From Cylindrospermopsis raciborskii Cr2010 (GTDB lineage Bacteria > Cyanobacteriota > Cyanobacteriia > Cyanobacteriales > Nostocaceae): 32,000 bases of DNA. Position numbers and translations under genes: made by a program. Shown here in pieces: positions 26,552-32,000 of this stretch. Each line of letters begins with the position of its first letter. Position 1 is the first letter of the stretch. The stretch lies in the NCBI RefSeq assembly GCF_003367075.2, contig NZ_CP065936.1, positions 2,460,001 through 2,492,000 on the forward strand, written 5' to 3'. The notes under the pieces are model-generated. The model ran no database searches. It saw only the letters and a list, made by a program, of their open reading frames with translations, and had not been told where the DNA came from.

Positions 26552-27558
26552 ACCTGATAGTATTCCCTATACCATTTAACAAACTGTCTCACTCCCACCT
26601 CGATAGGAGTATCAGGCTTAAAGTTAACGTCTTGAATTAAATCATCAACATCCGCATAGGTGATAGTCACATCTCCAGGTTGTAGGGGTAGCATATTTTT
26701 TTTGGCTTTTATCCCTAGGCACTGTTCTATAACTTCAATGAAGTGCATTAACTCTACCGGACTGTTATTGCCAATATTATATATTTTGTATGGCGCTCTA
26801 CTGCTACCAGGATCAGGAATATCACTAACCCAGTTAGGATTGCTTTGAGGGATAGTATCTATAACTCTTACTACCCCTTCGATAATATCATCAATATAAG
26901 TGAAGTCACGCTTCATTTTACCATAATTAAAAACATCTATGGGCTGTCCGGATAAAATAGCTTTGGTAAATGAAAAGTAGGCCATATCTGGCCTTCCCCA
27001 AGGACCATAAACAGTAAAGAAGCGTAGTCCAGTAATGGGTAATTCATACAGATGACTGTAAGTATGTGCCATTAGCTCATTAGCTTTTTTAGTAGCTGCG
27101 TATAAACTAATAGGATGATCCACATTGTCATGGGTAGAAAATGGTATTTTGGTATTAGCTCCATAAACAGAGCTAGAGGAAGCAAATACTAAGTGTTTCA
27201 CTCCATAGTGACGACAAGCTTCTAAAACATTAGTAAATCCTATGATATTACTATCAATATAAGCGTGAGGATTTTTTATGGAATATCTGACCCCAGCTTG
27301 AGCTGCTAGATTAACAACCACATCAAATTGGTGTTGGGCAAATAAATTGTTGACCCTCTCGCGATCAGCTAAATCTAGGGGGATGAAGCTAAATAGTTTA
27401 TTGTGGGGTTCTAATTGCACCAATCGAGCTTGTTTTAAAGATACATCGTAGTAGCTGTTCAGATTGTCAATTCCTACCACATAGTCACCCCGATTTAATA
27501 GGTAGTTACTCAGATGGAATCCAATAAAGCCTGCTGCGCCAGTAACTAAGATTTTCAT
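26548..27558 (-). CDS. NAD-dependent epimerase/dehydratase, UDP-glucuronate 4-epimerase-like
   Basis: 336 aa. [16 protein letters not shown] is the Rossmann GxxGxxG motif and YAATKKANE is the catalytic YxxxK. The overall pattern is that of the CapI/LpsL-type extended SDR family. Confidence 0.88.
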   Translation of the reverse strand: MKILVTGAAGFIGFHLSNYLLNRGDYVVGIDNLNSYYDVSLKQARLVQLEPHNKLFSFIPLDLADRERVNNLFAQHQFDVVVNLAAQAGVRYSIKNPHAYIDSNIIGFTNVLEACRHYGVKHLVFASSSSVYGANTKIPFSTHDNVDHPISLYAATKKANELMAHTYSHLYELPITGLRFFTVYGPWGRPDMAYFSFTKAILSGQPIDVFNYGKMKRDFTYIDDIIEGVVRVIDTIPQSNPNWVSDIPDPGSSRAPYKIYNIGNNSPVELMHFIEVIEQCLGIKAKKNMLPLQPGDVTITYADVDDLIQDVNFKPDTPIEVGVRQFVKWYREYYQV

Positions 27559-27639
27559 AATACTTCCTAATGATAATAATGGTTATCCCCCATGAACATA
27601 GATATTGTTATTATATGGTTTAATTGTTATATACTTATA

Positions 27640-27712
27640 TACCCCCAGGGGAATTCGAATCCCCGTTACCTCCGTGAAAGGGAGATGTCCTAGGCCTCTA
27701 GACGATGGGGGC
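27640..27712 (-). tRNA. trnE: tRNA-Glu (anticodon UUC)
   Basis: The reverse complement is GCCCCCATCGTCTAGAGGCCTAGGACATCTCCCTTTCACGGAGGTAACGGGGATTCGAATTCCCCTGGGGGTA. It folds as a cloverleaf: acceptor GCCCCCA/TGGGGGT, anticodon stem TCTCC/GGAGG with loop CTTTCAC, and T-arm GGGGA-TTCGAAT-TCCCC. It closely parallels E. coli tRNA-Glu. CCA is not encoded. Confidence 0.93.
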
Positions 27713-27731
27713 GCTGGACTTCACTGTTATT

Positions 27732-27760
27732 AACCTACCCTATTATTTCGGGAATGTCAA
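27732..27760 (-). promoter_or_regulatory. candidate tRNA-Glu promoter (-35 TTGACA, 17-nt spacer, -10 TAGGTT)
   Basis: On the minus strand, TTGACA is the complement of 27755-27760 and TAGGTT is the complement of 27732-27737, about 20 nt upstream of the mature tRNA 5' end. Confidence 0.3.
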
Positions 27761-28043
27761 CTAGTTTAAGAAAAATTTTTTTTGCTAACTTTTTTGGGTA
27801 AGAGTAAACCTCTTAATTGCAGCAATTGCACATCTTTCAATCCAAGATTTCCTCACATTTCCGACATAATATGCCCAGCGGGTGGCTAAATCCGGAAAAA
27901 ACATGTAATATAGGGAGCCAAGTAGAAAAAACGCCCTCGGATTCGTCATGACGGGAATGTTATTTAGACTTGTAAACTTACACTTGTAACTATTGAAGAG
28001 GTTAATTAAAGGATTTTGAGGCCAAGATCACAAAATCCACAAC

Positions 28044-29936
28044 ATGGAAACATCTTTTCAAATCACTTTACAAATGGTACTAACGGTTCTGGTAGGTATT
28101 AGTGCCCAGGTGATGGCTGCACACTTCCGTCTGCCAAGTATCGTACTACTACTCCTCTTGGGCATCATCCTGGGTAATGATGGTGTGGGAATATTACATC
28201 CTCAATTATTAGGTATCGGATTAGAAGTGATTGTCTCCCTAGCAACGGCAATCATCTTATTTGAAGGTGGACTGAAATTGGACTTCCGTGAGGTGGGTAG
28301 GGTTTCAGTGAGTTTGCAACTGTTAGTAACCCTGGGGACTTTAATTACCTTGCTGGGTGGGAGTATGGCAGCCCATTGGCTAGGAGAATTTCCCTGGAAC
28401 TTGGCCTTTCTTTACGCCTCCATAGTTGTAGTTACTGGACCAACTGTTATTGGACCATTAGTTAAACAAATTAATGTAGATAAGCAAGTTGCTACCCTAT
28501 TAGAAGGGGAAGGGGTTTTAATTGATCCTGTGGGGGCAATTTTGGCTTATGTGGTGCTGGATACCATTGTTAATGGCGATCCGGATCCCATGGGAGCAAT
28601 TATGGGTCTAATAATGCGACTGGGTGTGGGAGGGATTATTGGAGTTCTAGGCGGTTTAGTCATGAGCATGGTCTTCAAACGTGCCAACTTCCTCTCCTTT
28701 GAACTGAAAAATCTGGTAGTTTTAGCATTGCTATGGGGTCTGTTTACCATGGCGCAAGCCATCCGCAGCGAATCTGGGGTAATGACCACAGTTGTAGCGG
28801 GTGCGGTATTTGCTAACTCATCCGTTCCCGAAGAACGCTTATTACGCAGCTTTAAAAATCAACTGACAATTCTGGGCGTTTCCGTACTGTTTATTTTATT
28901 GGCAGCGGATTTATCTATTGCTAGTGTTTTTGCCCTAGGTTGGGGCAGTTTATTTACCGTCCTGGTATTAATGTTTGTAGTGCGTCCAATTAATATTCTT
29001 TTGTGTACTTGGAATAGTGGTCTGAATTGGCGGCAAAAGTTGTTTTTAAGTTGGGTTGCTCCCAGGGGAATAGTTTCCGCCTCTGTAGCTTCATTATTTG
29101 CCATTTCCCTAACCCAACATGGAATTAATGGTGGAGATGCCATTAAGGCTTTAGTATTTCTGACTATTATTATGACTGTTTTTTGTCAGGGTTTAACAGC
29201 TTCATGGCTCGTGAAATGCCTAGGAATTACTTCAGAAAATTTAACAGGAGCCTTGATAGTTGGCTGTAATCCCCTCAGTTTGCTGATTGCTCGCTTTTTC
29301 CAGGAACGGGGAGAGAAGGTAGTAATAATTGATACTGATTCAGAATATTTAGCTCAGGCGGAAGCTCAAAACTTGCCTGTGGTTGTGAATAGTGCTTTAG
29401 ATGCTCAGGTTTTAGAAAATGCGGGTATTGCTAAAATAGGTACATTCATAGCAATGACTAACAATGGAGAAGTGAATTTTGTTTTGTCCCAGCGGGCAGC
29501 AGAAGAGTTCAATCCACCTCGAGTTTTGGCCATATTCCCCCGAGATCCTCATGGTAATGTTTCAGTTCATAGTAGGGTCAGTCAGGCTTTTGTTTCTGAC
29601 CTACCAATAAAAACCTGGAATGAGTATTTGAGCGGTGGTAGGGTGAAATTGGGAAATACAACTTTAAACGAAGAAGAATTTGAAAGTCAACAGCAGCATA
29701 TTCAGGAAAAGATTCGCACTGGCGTACTAGTGCCCTTGTTATTGGAAAGAGAAGAAAGGTTACAGGTAATATCGGTGAATGAAACTTGGGAAGTGGGCGA
29801 TCGCATTATTTATCTGTTGTATGATTCCCGACCAAGTCTGTTAAAACTTCTCTCTGGATCCAGTCAGTCCGGGGTTTTAGCCTTAGAAACTTTACCAGAG
29901 GTGGAGGAAAAAATGCCTATGAGCAAATTCTTTTGA
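28044..29936 (+). CDS. cation:proton antiporter (CPA1, NhaP-type) with C-terminal RCK/TrkA-N-like domain
   Basis: 630 aa. About 390 aa of polytopic membrane domain carry Na+/H+ exchanger motifs (LFEGGL, VVTGPTV, IDPVGAIL). A soluble tail follows, beginning LIVGCNPLSLLIARFFQERGEKVVIIDTD. Confidence 0.88.
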   Translation: METSFQITLQMVLTVLVGISAQVMAAHFRLPSIVLLLLLGIILGNDGVGILHPQLLGIGLEVIVSLATAIILFEGGLKLDFREVGRVSVSLQLLVTLGTLITLLGGSMAAHWLGEFPWNLAFLYASIVVVTGPTVIGPLVKQINVDKQVATLLEGEGVLIDPVGAILAYVVLDTIVNGDPDPMGAIMGLIMRLGVGGIIGVLGGLVMSMVFKRANFLSFELKNLVVLALLWGLFTMAQAIRSESGVMTTVVAGAVFANSSVPEERLLRSFKNQLTILGVSVLFILLAADLSIASVFALGWGSLFTVLVLMFVVRPINILLCTWNSGLNWRQKLFLSWVAPRGIVSASVASLFAISLTQHGINGGDAIKALVFLTIIMTVFCQGLTASWLVKCLGITSENLTGALIVGCNPLSLLIARFFQERGEKVVIIDTDSEYLAQAEAQNLPVVVNSALDAQVLENAGIAKIGTFIAMTNNGEVNFVLSQRAAEEFNPPRVLAIFPRDPHGNVSVHSRVSQAFVSDLPIKTWNEYLSGGRVKLGNTTLNEEEFESQQQHIQEKIRTGVLVPLLLEREERLQVISVNETWEVGDRIIYLLYDSRPSLLKLLSGSSQSGVLALETLPEVEEKMPMSKFF

Positions 29937-30140
29937 TAGGTTGATAGGTGGACAGTTATTATTTGTAGAATAGATGAAGCCACATTTGGAAAATGGGAAT
30001 ATAATTTAAGAAATCAAGTTTCTAGTTGGGCATGGCACAAATGGCTGTGACTGCAAACCCCAAGTAAGTTATGTTAGTTGCCCGCCTTTTGCCTGCTGGA
30101 ACTAGCTGACAGCAACTAAGTCGAGTGAACGATTCAGATT

Positions 30141-31388
30141 ATGTCTTACGTCTCCGTCCTGAAAAGCATTCCAGAAATATTAGGCCAGCCCACAGGAATA
30201 GCTGCCATAGCTTCTCTTGGTATCCATGGGGCTATTGCCTTGATTGTGCCATTAATGCCCATTGATTCTAATCACAATCAGACTGCACGAACTGACACGA
30301 CTAAGGCTGTGGGACTAATGGAATTGAGTCCTGCTGACCAAAATAGACTGCCACAGTCTACTTCAGCCCAAATAGCCGCCCAGCTCCCCCAACTGGCCTT
30401 ACAATCCCAAATTCCCCTGGGTGGTTTGAGTGTTGCTGGACAAGAACCTCCTGTTCAGCCAGTTTTACCCCCTCCCCTCTTACCTCCTATCCCTACCTCT
30501 TCTTCTAACTATAATCTTTCTGTATTGCCTCAAAGGCAATCACTGCCAAGGATCCCCGCCACTAGTGTAGATAAAGCTAGTAATTTACGCTTCAAAGATA
30601 AATTTTCCCCTTCATCAACATCTGCTTTTGTCAATAATATAGATGCCCAAATTAGACTAAATCAATCCAATGATAGTAAATCACCACAAGCTGATAACCA
30701 AGTAACCACGGAAATACCAAGTGAGCCTTTAAATAATCCTTCTACTGCTAAGATTGATAGTGACCCTAGTGGCGGTGCGCAAGACACTGGGGTAATAGCT
30801 CAAAACCAGTCCCCAGCTAACTTTAATCCACAGCAAAATGTAGCTGATTCCAATCCATCTTCTCCTTCACCTACTGCAGGCCAGTTAGGTGGGCCCCTTG
30901 CGGTTGTTCCAGACAAGCCAGTTCCAGATATTCCTACAAAGTTACAGGAACAAGCGCCTAGTTTGCCTAGTTCCCAACCAGAAGTGCAAAACCCTGTATC
31001 TCAAGGGAATGATGCCAGAACTCAAAAAAGACAACAATTACTCGCTAGGTTGGAATCCTATAACAAACTCAGACAAACCATTCTTAAGGAATACCCTAAT
31101 TCTAAAGAACAGTACCCAATCCGCCAAAGTGTGTCTGTGAACAACCGGGATATGGAAGGTGTAGTTTTCGGTCGTTTGGTTGTGGACCCTGATGGCAAGG
31201 TTTTGGATATTAAGTTTCAAGACCAATCGGTGTCTCCCCAACTCCAATCTCAAACCCGGGAGTTTTTTAACGCCAATCCCCCTAAAGGTGAACAGAACAT
31301 TAGTTCTTATCCTTTCCAACTCCGTTTCAATTTGGTCAATAATGCCAGTGAGAACGTTCCTCAAACTCAGGGCGCAACCCCAAAGTAG
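30141..31388 (+). CDS. membrane-anchored Pro/Gln/Ser-rich protein, possibly TonB-like C-terminal domain
   Basis: 415 aa. It has one N-terminal TM helix (IAAIASLGIHGAIALIVPLM) and a low-complexity region of about 250 aa rich in P, Q, S and N. The C-terminal ~90 aa (EGVVFGRLVVDPDGKVLDIKF...) have the beta-rich look of TonB_C. The assignment is tentative. Confidence 0.5.
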   Translation: MSYVSVLKSIPEILGQPTGIAAIASLGIHGAIALIVPLMPIDSNHNQTARTDTTKAVGLMELSPADQNRLPQSTSAQIAAQLPQLALQSQIPLGGLSVAGQEPPVQPVLPPPLLPPIPTSSSNYNLSVLPQRQSLPRIPATSVDKASNLRFKDKFSPSSTSAFVNNIDAQIRLNQSNDSKSPQADNQVTTEIPSEPLNNPSTAKIDSDPSGGAQDTGVIAQNQSPANFNPQQNVADSNPSSPSPTAGQLGGPLAVVPDKPVPDIPTKLQEQAPSLPSSQPEVQNPVSQGNDARTQKRQQLLARLESYNKLRQTILKEYPNSKEQYPIRQSVSVNNRDMEGVVFGRLVVDPDGKVLDIKFQDQSVSPQLQSQTREFFNANPPKGEQNISSYPFQLRFNLVNNASENVPQTQGATPK

Positions 31389-31454
31389 GTAGGTAAAATG
31401 AGCATGGCTTGTTTAGTGGTGGTCATCACATCATAGTTTTGATCTCCACTAAAT

Positions 31455-31811
31455 CTACCATCCTGTTTCTGCCATTTGAAAAACATAGAGACCCACCTCT
31501 AGAATTTCTTCCTTGGTTAACTTGTTCTTAAAAGCAGGCATGGCACTTTTCCCATTCTGAATTTGATTCACAATCGCTCCAATAGGGTCAGTGTCATAGT
31601 TTTCTAAGTATTTTTGCATGGCTGATGTTTTCAGAGTCTTATTTTCAACAAGTATGTTACCACCCCCTACATGGCAGGAAGCACATTCGGTCTTAAAAAT
31701 AGCATGACCTCTACTTGTTTCTGCTGATAAGACTGGTTCGATAATAAGTGTGAAGCTAAAAAATACAACGATCGCTAGAATTAAAACTAATAACGGTAGA
31801 GGTCTAGACAA
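31455..31811 (-). CDS. petJ: cytochrome c6-family protein (signal peptide + CxxCH haem c domain)
   Basis: 118 aa with a TTG start 8 nt downstream of a GGGAGG Shine-Dalgarno. The signal peptide ends LSA/ETS. The haem motif is CASCHVGGGN and the Met-ligand region is NGKSAMPAF. It could be a c6-like isoform rather than the canonical c6. Confidence 0.85.
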   Translation of the reverse strand: MSRPLPLLVLILAIVVFFSFTLIIEPVLSAETSRGHAIFKTECASCHVGGGNILVENKTLKTSAMQKYLENYDTDPIGAIVNQIQNGKSAMPAFKNKLTKEEILEVGLYVFQMAETGW

Positions 31812-31840
31812 GAAATTTTCCTCCCAATAATCACTATTTG

Positions 31841-31870
31841 ATTATACGTCAATGGCACGCTGGGCGTGCC
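31841..31870 (-). promoter_or_regulatory. candidate c6 promoter: TATAAT -10 with a GC palindrome at the -35 position
   Basis: On the minus strand, TATAAT is the complement of 31841-31846. The perfect palindrome GGCACGC-TGG-GCGTGCC (31854-31870) ends 7 nt upstream of the -10. Its proximal arm (31864-31870) covers the hexamer position 17 nt upstream of the -10. Confidence 0.3.
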
Positions 31871-31913
31871 ATAAATTCACTCTAACCGTTTTTAAAAACC
31901 GAAGCTATATCTT

Positions 31914-32000
31914 TTAGCTAGCAACAGTTATTTTACCCGCCATACCAGCGCCACGGTGGGGAGCACAGTAAAAGGTATAGTCACCAACAGGTGCATCCGC
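31914..32000 (-). CDS. petE: plastocyanin, C-terminal 28 aa (5' part outside window)
   Basis: Manual minus-strand translation gives ADAPVGDYTFYCAPHRGAGMAGKITVAS*. This contains the type-1 copper ligand motif YxC-x2-H-x4-M of plastocyanin. It is absent from the ORF track because it is truncated by the window edge. Confidence 0.85.
   Translation of the reverse strand, partial: ADAPVGDYTFYCAPHRGAGMAGKITVAS

Noticed and set aside
26660-26848. ORF 26660..26848 (+)
   Set aside because: Antisense to the epimerase gene.
27944-27953. 10-bp perfect palindrome CGTCATGACG upstream of the antiporter, considered as an operator or riboswitch element
   Set aside because: Perfect 10-bp palindromes are expected dozens of times by chance in 32 kb. 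I recognised no flanking conserved structure.
27560-28043. tRNA-Glu as an integration hotspot or genomic-island border
   Set aside because: There is no integrase, no direct repeat of the tRNA 3' end nearby, and no phage or transposon genes on either side.
28547-29143. ORFs 28547..28789 (-) and 28859..29143 (-)
   Set aside because: Antisense to the antiporter membrane domain.
30889-31392. ORFs 30889..31140 (+), 31038..31364 (-) and 31180..31392 (+)
   Set aside because: Alternative-frame or antisense shadows of the 415-aa P/Q-rich ORF, which is itself only moderately supported.
1-32000. CRISPR arrays, rRNA genes, insertion sequences, prophage
   Set aside because: I found no regularly spaced direct repeats, no rRNA-like sequence, and no transposase or integrase-like ORFs on either strand.

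Overview
This is a chromosomal, mostly housekeeping segment of a cyanobacterium. The assignment rests on at least 18 copies of the HIP1 octamer GCGATCGC plus psbA, plastocyanin and cytochrome c6 genes. The protein sequences look Nostocales-like, but that is inference.

I support about 32 protein genes and one tRNA:
- recO (partial, missing from the ORF track), deoC, a HEAT-repeat protein, pyrD, and a 50-aa DUF2256 zinc-ribbon gene (also missing from the track)
- isoaspartyl peptidase, an RseP-type site-2 protease, nth, a comM-like gene, and a HIT protein
- psbA (Q130 form), a hydrogenase maturation protease preceded by an M20 amidohydrolase
- ffh, rpsP, a KH-domain protein, phoH, and a Rho_N/DUF4912 protein
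- a GT-B glycosyltransferase with a LuxR-solo regulator, fructokinase, and aroA
- a UDP-sugar epimerase, tRNA-Glu(UUC), and a CPA1 antiporter with an RCK tail
- a P/Q/S-rich TonB-like protein, a cytochrome c6-family gene, and the 3' end of petE

I saw no rRNA, CRISPR array, transposase, integrase or obvious prophage.

The most unusual items are:
1. A 510-aa ThyA-fold enzyme embedded between extra N- and C-terminal domains. It is paired with an unknown upstream ORF in an AT-rich, HIP1-free stretch.
2. A P-loop ATPase fused to a PD-(D/E)xK nuclease motif, starting 3 nt after the aroA stop.
3. An orphan GC-rich terminator hairpin inside a divergent promoter region, which is a candidate sRNA.
4. 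A petE/c6 tandem with a GC palindrome at the c6 -35 position.
5. An AT-rich LuxR-solo + glycosyltransferase pair.

All family names come from motif recognition and memory, not from database searches.
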